A stretch of 64,000 bases of DNA from Octopus vulgaris (taxonomy: Eukaryota), in the NCBI GenBank assembly GCA_951406725.2, contig OX597839.1, positions 11,160,001 to 11,224,000 on the forward strand, in the 5' to 3' direction. The position numbers and the translations under genes are program-made. Shown piece after piece: positions 13,836 to 26,417 of the stretch (positions are counted from its first letter, which is position 1; every line of letters begins with the position of its first letter). The notes under the pieces were generated by a model that was given only the letters and a program-made list of their open reading frames with translations, ran no database searches and had not been told where the DNA came from.

Positions 13836-14297
13836 CACACAAACACACACATGTAGTTGCTTTTCTTCTTCTCTTTATACGTTATTGTTATTGTCAGTGT
13901 ATTTATTGTCCACACTAGACTGCGCCTGTATTCATGAAGATCTTTACAATTCTGAAATAGTAACACTTTAAACTAATTTTCTCCTTTTGAAGCTTTTAAG
14001 TATTGAACAAAATAAAAGAAGAAAAAAAACAAATAATAATAAGAAAAAAACCAGGAGCTATTTACAGCTTTATTGCTTTAAATTTCTCTTGTTATAATTT
14101 ACGTAATAAACATTAAACATTTATTGGCATTTTAACTTTCGTTAACGTATTAAATGCATGGCTGAACTTGAAATATAAATTTTAATCTATTAACTAGCTT
14201 ACTTTATTATTAAGAAAGATTAAATATTTTTGTTATTCTTCTTTTTATGTGTCTGAATGAAGAAAGGGAAATATCTTATTTCACACACATACACATG

Positions 14298-14363
<66 letters not shown>

Positions 14364-14365
<2 letters not shown>

Positions 14366-14590
14366 TATTTAAAAGCAGCAGAAATTCAACAAAACCAGTT
14401 ACTCGGAGTTCCATGTCCCTGCTTGTTGGACAGTTTTGTTAACAAAACTGTCCGACGAACGGGAACGTGAAACTCCGAGTAACAGGTTTTGTTGAATTTC
14501 TGCTGCTTTTAAATAAAGCATATTACTTTACCCCTGGTATTTGAGTACTCTTTTTTCCACCTTGTTTCACATTTATGTGTTTACTCCGGT
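14364..14590 (+). mobile_element. Penelope-like inverted terminal repeat (154-bp palindrome) plus tail, within (TA)n
   Basis: 77-bp arms (14364-14440 and 14441-14517) with no spacer and 8 mismatches; unique tail to ~14590; (TA)-rich microsatellite on both sides. Confidence 0.7.
14448..14485 (+). ncRNA. Type I hammerhead-like ribozyme with variant core (CCGACGA)
   Basis: CTGT-CCGACGA-ACG-GGAA-CGT-GAA-ACTCCGAGT-A-ACAG: stem I CTGT/ACAG, stem II ACG/CGT with GNRA loop, stem III ACT/AGT, GUA cleavage triplet; U4 replaced by C. Confidence 0.65.
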
Positions 14591-15138
14591 ATACATATAT
14601 ATATATGCATGTATGTGTGTATATATATATATGTATGTATGTGTGTGTGTGTGTGTATGTATGTATGCATATATATATATATATATATATATATTAATAA
14701 GTAAGTAAACTATATCGACTCATTCAAAAATGGTTTGCTTTTATATAGAAGAAAAGTCACTTTTAACCTGGATCCTTCATTACAGAGATATATAAAATGT
14801 TTAGTGATGATGCTAACTACATATAAATTGGAAGTGCTGAAGCCATCCCTTCTACAGATTCTACAGTTTATTTTACTATATAGGTTAATGGTTCCAAAAT
14901 ATCTTCGACTGTTGTCTCTGTAGTTTCATAAAAACCAATCTCTGGGTGCCTCCTGAACCCAGCTTGTTTCAGGGCAGTGTATTTTTATTGCATGGGCAAC
15001 ATTTAAGAGAGTGACAAGTAACTCATATTCAAAATCATATTACTGTATAGAAATGGCATGGGTATGTTTGTTACTCCTTGTCATCTGTCAATCAGCAGAA
15101 ATCTGCAAGCTAATTTAAAAAAAATTAATTAATGACTT

Positions 15139-15227
15139 GGCTGCCAGTACAGTAGTTTCTTAGTTTAATCACCACTGCTGCTGCTGCTGCTGCTACTACT
15201 AACTACTACCACCACCACCACTACGAG

Positions 15228-15263
<36 letters not shown>

Positions 15264-15325
15264 CACTACTAACTACTACCACCATCACTACAACTAACTA
15301 CTACTACTACCACCACCACTACAAG

Positions 15326-15367
<42 letters not shown>

Positions 15368-15430
15368 AAGGCTGCCAGTACAGTAGTTTCCTAGTTTAAT
15401 CACTGCTACTACTACTACTACTACTACTAC
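15139..15430. repeat. Duplicated ~35-bp unique motif embedded in (CTA)n/(CCA)n microsatellite
   Basis: GGCTGCCAGTACAGTAGTTTC(T/C)TAGTTTAATCAC at ~15139 and ~15370. Confidence 0.75.
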
Positions 15431-15881
15431 ACCCAACCATCATATGTATTATGCCGCACCTTTGCATGAATGAATGGAACTGACTTCCTTTCCTTACCAT
15501 CAGCTTGTCACTTCGTTCCAGCCCCATTTCCCCAAGAGAGGTGGAGTTGTGTTGCCTCTTTAAGAAACACTAATTTAAACCCCCCTACCACCCCTCCACC
15601 CTTCAACATAAAACTAATTAGAGTGGTGTTTTCCTTACCCAGCCTCTTTCTATATATTTGTACACCGAATGAATTTGATTTTATTTATTGAATAAACACA
15701 CACTAACCAACTCTTGTTGTTAAAACTGGGATCATTTCAGTAAGTTACACATCTACCTACACAAACATTCTTGACTAAATAACGAAGTAGACACACATTG
15801 GTTGTGGGGGCCAATGTGTTGGACTTGTGAGCATCCCGTGGTCGTGCATTCAGATCTTTCTATTTACAGCCCAGTTGTATA

Positions 15882-16101
15882 TTTATTTCTTTAGTGCCCT
15901 CAAGGGAGCTAAACATAGAGGGGACAAACAAGGACAGACAAGGGGATCAAGTCGATTACATCGACCCCCATTGCGTAACTGGTACTTGTTTAGACCCTGA
16001 AAGGATGAAAGGTAAAGTTGACCTCAGTGGATTTGAACTCACAACAGACTAAGTATGAAGTACCCCTAAGCATGTGCTAACGTTTCTGCCAGCTCACCCC
16101 C
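15882..16101 (-). mobile_element. SINE family B
   Basis: Diverged reverse complement of family B. Confidence 0.75.
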
Positions 16102-17399
16102 TCTGCCAGCCATGAGCAAAGGCACATGAACTCTGCTTGCTCCACTTTAGACTGATTGACATATAAAACAGGTTCCACTCCCTACTTCATAGTTCAGTGG
16201 TTAGTAGGAGAAAGAGCATCCAGCTGGAAAAAGAAATTTTTTATTTTCATTTTGTTTTTTGTGCACCAATAAAGCTTCTTATCCCCCCCCCCTCTACTAT
16301 ATATAAAATTTTAGAGGGTGTAGATATAAATCCCCAAATACTTTTCAAGCAGAGCATGCCCAGTTTATTCAGCAGTAACTTAAAACCTCTGGATTGCAAG
16401 AAGGAAGACATTTCATTGATTTACTGCTAGTCAATTATTTTTCCTGTTTATATTTGTGCATTAACTCTGATTCAGCTCACAAATGATCAAAGACATTCCA
16501 AACTTGACTATCCTGTCTTATTAGGGGTACACAAGACAACATGGTCTAATGCATTTTTATTTTTATTTTCTTCTTTTTTTTTGTTTTTAAGACTTTTAGG
16601 ATGTACTTTGAAGATACAGTTGCTATTTTTAACAGGTTCCCTCATTGGTACACTAGCAAAGTGTAGAAGTCTAGTTTGGGGGACAAGAAGGCTTTTAACC
16701 CTTTTGAGACAAAACTTACTGATGTTTCTGTATGTTTGTCGTGAGCTATGGGCAGTGAATGTGGTTGTTGTCACTTCTGTCAACTAATCATCTACTGGCT
16801 TCATGCCTTTAAAAATGTGTGAAATAAGCCATCTCCTATTTGAAAAACAGGTGGGAGTAGTGGCAGGAAGTGCATCCAACCGGAAGAGAATATCTCAACA
16901 GTATACTCCCCTAACTCATGCTTTCATAGAAAAATGGACGTAAAAATGAACAAATTGTTTTTTTGTTTGTTATTCAAATACATGACACTAGCTACCTCGA
17001 GTTATTTTTCCTAACTCATCTTTGTTTAAATTATGCTAGGCTATAAGCATTTTCTACTCAATTTTGTATAACTCTAACTTCTTTGATGGCTGATAGAGAT
17101 AAGGTTGAACCAGAAACACATGTCCATGACTGTCCTTGTATCTCCAAACAATAATCCTGTCCTTTGCTTTAATAGTATGTCAGTTTTGTAGAAATTTTTG
17201 AATTTTGAGATTCTCTCCATTTCTCAAGTGGAACTGGTGATTATAGCCATTTGTAATTATGATACATTCTCTAGAGGTAGAGATAATTTTAATTATCAGG
17301 AATTTTTGGTGTATGCTATTTGATGTACTAGGAATTTGTTATTCTAGTACTTGCTGCTGGCCACTTCAAGTTACTTCTCTCGACCCATTTGTGTGTGCT

Positions 17400-17625
17400 T
17401 GTGTATGGTTTAGTGGTTAGGGTGTTGGATTCACAATTGTAAAATTATGGTTTCAATTCGGGGACCAGGCAATGCATTGTGTTCTTGAGCAAAGCGCTTC
17501 ATTTCACGTTGTTCCAGCCCACTCAGCTAGCACAATCGAGTAATCCTGTGATGGACCAGCATTCCATATATCTCACAGAAAGCGGGAAGCTGGCCCTATG
17601 AATCTATATGACTTGAGAAGGATCT
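17400..17625 (+). mobile_element. Diverged tRNA-derived SINE related to the 23097 and 27789 copies
   Basis: TGGTTTAGTGGTTAGGG A box, GGTTTCAATTC B-like box, GTTCTTGAGCAAAG CORE-like segment and CCTGTGATGGACCAGC. Confidence 0.6.
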
Positions 17626-17744
17626 TTATCCTAATTAAAAATATATATATATATATATATCAACACACACACACACACACACACATTCACTGATGAAGAC
17701 AAACCCACATACATTCAGACGCACACACACACACACACACATAT

Positions 17745-18156
<412 letters not shown>

Positions 18157-18574
18157 CAAGAGACTTGATACATTGATGTATTGCACAAGAATTTATTCCA
18201 TGTAGTCTAGGTCCCTGTACTCTGAGGAGGATTCAGCCATTTCTTATTAGATGTTGATAAATTTAATAAAAATACCACTAGAATCTACTAAAACCTCTGA
18301 AAGGTCTGCTCCAGCATGGTTGTATTCCAAAGAGTGTAACCAGAAAAAGAAAGTATTCCTGTTGTTTAGTTTCTTTATGTAAACCATTGTGTGTATGTGT
18401 GTGGTGGTGGTGGTGGTATGTAGTGACAATAGGGATAAGGATTACAATTGTAGCAATTAATATGTAAATTGGCTTTGTTGATTAAAGATTAACTTCATTA
18501 GACATTGCTTTTATATTATTGTTCTGACAAGCTTTATTTCCACCATGCACATGGATGCTTGCATGCATGCATGT

Positions 18575-18629
<55 letters not shown>

Positions 18630-18696
18630 TAGAAGCCAACATGAGAAAACTTCAACCTGCTATAAATAATAGCCAAATCATTGTAAGACCCTTAAT

Positions 18697-18885
18697 TTAA
18701 CCCTTTAGCATTTAATCTAGCCACTTCCAGCTCCAAATACTCTACCTGTTTTATGTTAAGACTGACCAGATCCAATCTTTCACACCTACCCTACAATGTC
18801 ATTAAAGCTACAATATATAGTCTGTGTTTAATTTAAAATAATGTGAATAAATTAGACGTGAGTAGTCTGGATGCTAAAGGGTTAA
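18697..18885. mobile_element. piggyBac-like MITE (family C), internally deleted
   Basis: TTAACCCTTTAGCAT ... ATGCTAAAGGGTTAA. Confidence 0.85.
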
Positions 18886-18944
18886 AAGGAACACTCTGAC
18901 GGATAATTTAGAATCTTGGTTGTGGTGTTACTGTAAAACGTAAG

Positions 18945-19412
18945 ATGGAGTGGCTGTGTGGTAAGTAGCTTGCTTACCAACCACCTGGTTTTTTGGTTCA
19001 GTCTCTCTGCGTGGCACCTTGGGCAAGTGTCTTCTATTATAGCCTTGGGCCGACCAAAGCCTTCTGAGTGGATTTGGTAGACGGAAACTGGAAGAAGCCT
19101 GTCGTATATATGTACATATATATATATATGTATGTGTGTGTATATGTTTGTGTGTTATTCCTTCTCATTTGCTGAACTGCTAAGTTATGGGGATATAAGC
19201 ACAACAACACTGGTTGTCAAGCAGTGATCACACATACACACACACACAGGTGCTAACATATATATGACAGACTTGTTTCAGTTTCCGTTTATCGAATCGG
19301 TCAGCTTGAAGCTATAGTTGAGACACTTGACCCCCAAGGTTCATACAGTGGAACTGAGCCCAGAACCATGTGGTTGGGAAGCAAACATCCTACCACACAG
19401 CCATGCCTGCAC
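18945..19412. mobile_element. Two family A SINE pieces in opposite orientation (+ 18945-19150, - 19160-19412)
   Basis: Head and CORE on +, followed by reverse-complement body and head. Confidence 0.7.
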
Positions 19413-21369
19413 CATGCTTAATAAAATTAGATGGTTTTTAAAGTTTTTTAGACTTTGCTAACGGCAAGGCAAGATTAATTACATGAATGCAAATTATTAT
19501 TTTACCTTCTCATTAATAAAGACTGGAGTGGGGTGTAGTAATATATTTTGAGGTGGGTGGCAAGGAATGGCCTGGTAATTGTCAGTTCCAGAACCACTGC
19601 TTTGAGCTGTCTTTAAAAAAAAAAGTCAACAGAAGCATCTGGTTTTTCACCAATATATATTTGAAATTGGTATTTTGTCTGTATTTTGAAATATTTTATT
19701 ATACATTTCTGCTATTTGCATACTTTTTATAAGCTAAAATCTGGGATGGGAGCGATTGCTTTGGAGGGGGCTACTGTATAACAGCTAATTAATATGTAAA
19801 TTTGCTTTGCCGTTTAAGCACCAACTTCTCTAGATAACGCTTAACATTACTGATCTAGCTGCAATCTCTTCCCCACTACACGTATGCACACATGCATGCA
19901 CACACACACACACGCACACACACCTGGAAGCTTAATTTTCTTATCTACTAGATCTATTGGCGCAGTGTTCATTAAGTAATCAATACTATTGAACAGTATA
20001 TATGCATGCACACACACACATGCATACACACACACACACTTCCTCCATTCCAGCTTGGCTGCCCGTTCTGATTAGTGAGTCATTAATTAAGATTAAAATC
20101 CGGATTCTCTCCCCCCCACTCCCAATGATAGAAAGACAAGAGAAAAAAATTAATAATTTTCTAATTTAATTGAATAAGATTAACATGATAATAGAATTTA
20201 TTATATTGCTGACCTTTGTACCGTTGTGTGACCTTTTGTGACCTCTTTCCAATTATTTCCTTAACTGTCTCTTGTGTCTTCACAAATTAAAATATTTAAT
20301 CTGTCTTGCTTTCGTAGCTGACTCTTCAATATCTTCATAATTAAAGGTGACACAGTAGAATCTCACTCTTTCTCCCTCCTTCTCTGATTGTCTGTCTGTC
20401 TCTCTCTCTCTCTGTTTCTCTCTCTCTCCCCTCTCACTATCTCTCCTCTTATTCCTCTGTTCAGATGGAAATTTGTATATTCTGATTATGTCAAGGTCTG
20501 TGAAATGAGGTGAATTTTTAAACAAAATCGAAAGATTTATGAATTATTTTGCCAACAATTGTCGTTATCTACTCATTATGATTTTGTTAAGGGTCTAAGC
20601 CAAAATTAATGTGATATGACCAAATCATGTATAATTGAATGTTCTTCAATGAGAAACTAAGCAAATGGAAGGAATTATCAAATTTGAATGGATAAATAAA
20701 ACCTATTATATGTTCTGTAACTCCGTCATTGCTCTCTATCCTCTCTCTCTCACTCATGTACTTGGTGTTAGAGTGTTTGGTTTGTATTGAATAATAGTTG
20801 GCATTTTATTCTAACAACTGTAGAACTTAACTCCTAAGCTTAAAAATTGTCTGCTTTCCATCCTGGCATAAGTTGTTCAGGTCACTATGGTTGGAATCAG
20901 CTCAGAATCAGCAGTGTTGCTCATCTAGACATGTCAGGAGGCCGCCACATTTTGCTTAGGTGTTTCCCCCTTGCCTTGGGTTCTATGGCTGTGATGCCCT
21001 TCCTAACATCAACCTCTTTACAGACAGTACTAGGTCTTTTTTTTCCTCAGGCACCAACACTAGAGAGGTGTCATGCCTTCAACAAGACTAATGAGCTATT
21101 CTATACTTACCAATCCTACATCTATCCCCAAATCTAGACAACTCTACATCTACCCCTAAATTTAATATTACTGGAACTGACCAAATCCGTGTAGTCCTTT
21201 GTTTTTTTTTTAATACCTTTTTTTTTTTATTCTTTACTGTAAATGGTATTGAAATTCATTGTATCTGTTGCACGAGACATGAGAAATTTGCTCTTACTTT
21301 GGCCAACAGCATCTTAGATCTTATTACTATAATCATCATCATCATCATCGTTGTTGTTGTTGTTATTAA

Positions 21370-21695
21370 AGTGGCGAACTGGCAGAATTGTTAGTACGCC
21401 AGGCAAAATGCTTAGCAGCATTTAGTCTGCCTTTACGTTCTGAGTTCAAATTCCGCCGAGGTTGACTTTGTCTTTCATCGTTTTGGGGTCGATAAACTAA
21501 GTACCAGTCAAGTACTGGGGCTGATGTAATTGACTATCCCCCTACCCACAAATCCCAGGCCTTGTGTCTATAGTAGAAAGGACTGTTATTATTATTAAGC
21601 AGTGAGTTGGCAGAAATGTTAGCACACTGGACAAAATGCTTGCCAGTATTTCACCCATCACTACATTTTTGAGTTCAAACTCCGCCAAGGTCAAT
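21370..21695 (+). mobile_element. SINE family B variant (alternative tail) followed by a second head
   Basis: B head and core, tail CCAGGCCTTGTGTCTATAGTAGAAAGG, then a second head at ~21597. Confidence 0.7.
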
Positions 21696-22404
21696 TTTTA
21701 GTATGTATACTTTTATCTCCTTTCACCATCTTATCCCTTTCTTTCTTTCATCTTTTTATGTACACCTCTACACAAATCGTATTGTCCTTGTGATGTCCCC
21801 TTCATCCCTGCCCCTGTGGCAAATAAAAGAAATCATCATTGTTATCATTATTGATATTAATCACAAAATTGTTTCTTCTTCTTCTTCTCCCTGCCACCTT
21901 TCAATGACAGTAGCAGTTAGTAACAAGCCCTGAATGAAACTGCTTCTCCATTAGTTTGATTGAGGATTCAATTGAAAGATGAGAAGCAAATCAAACTTGA
22001 AGTAGATTTTGCTCCTGGATTGTAATGCCTTTCTCTTTTAAAGGAAATTTTGGAGAAATATTAATTTTCCTAATGAGCTTTCATATGAGTCATGCTGGAG
22101 GCGGTACACAAGACGAGAACACTGTACTAGTTTGACTATTGTGTAAACCCTGCCTTGCTTGCAGCAGTTTATTATCTAAGGTGTCCTATTGAAATGCAGG
22201 TTTCCTTCATATATGATGTTTTACTTTTTGTCAGTTATGTTGTCTTACCACCTGTCTTCCAATCAGGAATTTCGATAATGATAAATTGCCAGGTTTTTTT
22301 TCTAGGCGAGTTTTTTCTGAAATATCTTGTATATACAGTGTACGTGTCTTTTTTCTTCTTCAGTTATTCAGTTTCCTTTGTCTGTGTGTATATTTATGTG
22401 TGTA

Positions 22405-22659
22405 CATCATCATCATCGTTTAACGTCCGTTTTCCATGCTAGCATGGGTTGGACGGTTCGACTGAGGTCTGGAGAGCCAGAAGGCTGCACCAGACTCCAG
22501 TTCGATCTGGCAGTGTTTCTACTGCTGGATGCCCTTCCTAACGCCAACCACTCCGTGAGTGTAGTGAGTGCTTTTTACGTGCCAGGCAAGGCTGGCAACG
22601 GCCATGATCGGATTGGTGCTTTTTACGTGCCAAAATATGTGTATATGTGTGTGTGTGTG

Positions 22660-22694
<35 letters not shown>

Positions 22695-22875
22695 TCATCA
22701 TCATCTTTTAACATCCATTTTCCATGCTGGCATGGGTTATACAGTTTGATCAGAGTTGGCAAGCAGTAGAGTTGCACCAGGTTCCAGTCTGATTTGGCTT
22801 GATTTCTATGTCTGGGTGCCTTCCCTAACACCAACCACTTTACAGAGTGTGCTGGATGCATTTTATGTGGCACCA
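22405..22875 (-). mobile_element. Two family E retroposon copies
   Basis: CATCATCATCGTTTAACGTCC...GGATGCCCTTCCTAACGCCAACC at 22405; older copy at ~22693. Confidence 0.7.
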
Positions 22876-23096
22876 GAACAGGGCTCCTTCAGGCCAATCC
22901 TCTTCAGCAGTGGGGGCAGCATTAACACCTCTGCTGTTGAGGACAGGTCTCCTTGAGCACATATGTATGTATACCTTAGCTTACATTGGTATTTGGTTCC
23001 AAGACCTGCAACTTATAAAAACACAGCACAAAACGTATTTAAAAACTTATTAGCTTATATCTGTCTTAATAAAGGTTTTGTGCACATTTCTTCGTA

Positions 23097-23400
23097 GAGG
23101 CACATGGCCTAGTGGTTAGAGCAGCGGGCTCGTGGTTGAGGGATCACAGGTTTGAATCTCAGACTGGGCGATGTGTGTGTTTATGAGCGAAACACCTAAG
23201 CTCCATGCGGCTCTGGCAGGAGGTAATGGCGAACTTCTGCTGACTCTTTCGCCACAACTTTCTCTCACTCTTTCCTCCTGCGTCTTGCAGCTTACCTGTG
23301 ACGGACCGGCGTCCCGTCCAGGTGGGGGAACCTATACGCCAAGGAAACCGGGAAGCCGGCCCTTATGAGCCAGGCATGGCTTGAGAAGGAACAAACAAAC
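23097..23400 (+). mobile_element. tRNA-derived SINE with a V-domain-like segment
   Basis: TGGCCTAGTGGTTAGAGC A box, GGTTTGAATCT B box, CCTGTGACGGACCGGCGTCCCGTCCAGG and (ACAA)n tail. Confidence 0.75.
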
Positions 23401-24636
23401 ACATTTCTTCACATGTATTTCATTTGTTTTTCCACTTCAATGTTGGATTTTAAGTGGGGGTTTTTTTGTATTGTTATGCTTCTAAATTTGTTTGCTGAGA
23501 CTAACGTAAAGTCAGGTAACTCAGCTGATGTTGAGATTGTTTCCCCCCCCCCCCCTTAATTCCTTTAAAAAAAAAAACCGATGTAAAATCAAAAAGGACT
23601 CAACTCGAAATGGCATAAGTTGAGGTGTGCCTGTTTATGTATTGGGAAATGTAGATTATGTATAACCATTATATACATATATATTTATATATGTGAGTGT
23701 ATATTATCAGTATCTGTGTGTGTACATGCGCGCGCACGCACCTGCACTCCCTTCCCCGCCTCATGACCTATTTCCAAACAAATCACTAATTATTGTGGGT
23801 AGGAACATATCTAATTGATAGCATAGGGACCGTTTTTCTCAGGTCATCAAAATTAAGCCCAAACAATCTGGATGCGATAAACTGAGCAAAGTAAATCACA
23901 GGAATGTTGACATTTGGCTTGTGTAGCAATTAGTGTATTCTGGACAGCGGTCATTTGGTTGTGTTATCTTAGTACACTGTCCTTCTCCGCTCTCTCTCTC
24001 TCGCCCTTCCTTCTCTTCTCTCTCTCTCTCTCTCTTTGCTCCCCCCCTCTCAATTATATTACTGCGTCACTGCACAGCTTTATTTTCTCTGTGGCTTATA
24101 TTTCACAACTGTTTAGTCTGAGTCAGTTATTTTGTATTCCAATAGTCTATCAATTTACTTTCTCTATTTCACACCTCCTCCCACCGTGTGTGTGTGGATG
24201 TGTGTATATATGCATATGTATATGTATATATAGTTTGTGTTTGTGTGTGTGTGTGTATACATATGTACAAACATTATCACACCGGCTATAATGCACACAT
24301 ACACACCACACACAGAGTAAATTCTTTCTGTCGTTTAACTGTGATTTGATTGAGATTTTCTGGTAATTTGGTAAATAATTTGTTTTCCAACATTGCTTGG
24401 GAGTCTATAATGTAAGGAGTACTAAATAATCATGGCTAACAACATTCTTTCGCAATAATCATGCCGCCTTTGTTGTTGTTGTTATCATATTGTAAAGTGT
24501 GTGTGTGTCTTAATTGGGAACACGTGTGTAAAACACAAATGGAAACATATGTAAGATACTAATAAGATAAAAAGACCAAAAACGTAAAATTATAGTGACA
24601 TAGAACTTACTGTGGGATTGAACCTATATATCTTGT

Positions 24637-25089
24637 TTAACCCTTTAGCATTCAGATGACTCTGTCAAATATAAACCCTGTTTAATCACATTGTTTTAAC
24701 CCTTTCGTTACTGTATTTCTGTTGAGATGCTCTGTGTTTCTTTCAATTATTTTAAATATGATAAGGAATTTAGTAAAATAATTTAGTTATCATTCAGCTA
24801 GTGTTAGGAACATAAATTGCGACTAAGGTTTGGTGGAAGATTTTAATGAAAAACCTATGAAGACAAGACATTAATACTACAGAGCCAGAGCCTGTTTTGG
24901 CCGGGTTGGTAATGAAAGGGTTAAATTAATTGTACAGCATCTTGTAACTCTGAGATTTTGATGATGTCCCTGTTTATTTTTAGAATGACTTTGTAGGGTA
25001 AGTGTGAGAGGCCAGAGCTGGCTGGTTTGAGCATAAAACAGGAAGACAATTTTGGCCTGGTATGGCTGGTTTAAACACTAAAGGGTTAA
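24637..25089. mobile_element. Family C MITE with a nested second TTAA MITE (family D, 24696-24924)
   Basis: Outer TTAACCCTTTAGCA...CTAAAGGGTTAA; inner TTAACCCTTTCGTTAC...GTAATGAAAGGGTTAA; a further C copy starts at the shared TTAA 25086. Confidence 0.85.
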
Positions 25090-25989
25090 CCCTTTAGTAT
25101 CCAGATGACTTTATAAAATGCAATGCTTTCATATTTACATGAATCTGAATTACTCTTGCACTGAGGTTGATGTAATCGACTTATCCCTCCTCCAAAATTG
25201 CTAACCTTGTGCCAAAATTTGAAACCAGTTTCAGAAGAAATAAGAAAGAGATCTTTTCATGAAAACCGTATGTAAAACATGTAATAAGGTTAATGAGAAA
25301 AATGTCTGTATATCGTTTAACCACCAAGTTCATCTCCCAATATCAGTCAATATTTATGTAATATATAATAATAACCAGTCTAGTCTGTATGTATTCAAAA
25401 GCTATAATTTAACTTGTTGAGGTTCTAAGATTTGTATCAATAAAAATAACCATACATCATTATTTCCAGCTCAGCTATTTTTTAAAAACATCTTTGTCTG
25501 TTGTTATTGTTTTTGTTTGTCAAAAGTAGTTTACATACAATGAAAACCATTTTATGCTTGTTCCTTTCTAAAAGATTCATTCCATCAATACAGCAGTTCT
25601 CATCTGGGATCCATATGGCCCTTGGGGTGGGGGTGGGGGGTCCATATATGATTTACTTGTAAAAATTTATGTGCAATAAATTGATTGTACTTCTACAATC
25701 AATCTAGGTGCAGGAGTGGCTGTGTGGTAACTAACTTGCTTACGAACCACATGGTTCTGGGTTCAGTTCCATGCATGGCACCTTGGGCAAGTGTCTTCTA
25801 CTAAAGCTTTGGATTGACTTTGCCTTTCATCCTTTCGGGTTCGATAAATTAAGTACCAGTTACGCATTGGGGTTGATGTAATCAACTTAATCCATTTGTC
25901 TGTCCTTGTTTGTTCCCTCTGTGTTTAGCCCCTTGTGGGTAGTAAAGAAATATATAACAGGCAGAGTATTTTTGCCAGCTATGGCTGGT

Positions 25990-26417
25990 CTAACCCTTCA
26001 ACATTCGGATTATTTTGTCGAATGTAATGCTTATTTATTCACATTGTAGTTTTGAGATTTTGATGATGTGGTTGTATATTTTTAGAATAATATTGTAGGA
26101 TAGGTGTGAGAGGTTAGATCTGGCCAGTTTGAACGATAAAACAAGTAGAATATTTGGGCCAGATATGGCCAGTTTAACCCTTTCGTTACTGCATTTATTT
26201 TGAGATGTTCTGTGTTTCTTTCAATTAATTTTAAATATAACAAAGAATTTAGTAAAATAACTTAGTTATCATTAAGCTAGTGTCAAGGACATAAATTGTG
26301 ACTAAGGCTTGGTGGAAGATTTTTATTTAAAACTTACAAAAACAAGATATTTGTACTCAGAGCCAGAGGTGGTTTCAGCCGGGTTGGTAATGAAAGGGTT
26401 AAATGCCAAAGGGTTAA
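25990..26417. mobile_element. Family C MITE with nested family D MITE (26174-26402)
   Basis: Same two TIR pairs; D is inserted at a different internal TTAA than in the 24637 composite. Confidence 0.85.

Noticed and set aside
20465-20509. Possible 45-nt exon (TTCAG|ATGG...GAG|GTGAAT; WKFVYSDYVKVCEM)
   Set aside because: The acceptor tract is a (CT)n microsatellite and the peptide is unrecognised; not supportable without RNA data
23097-23170. tRNA-like sequences (also 27789 and the family A/B heads)
   Set aside because: No complete cloverleaf, and they continue into SINE bodies; SINE heads rather than tRNA genes
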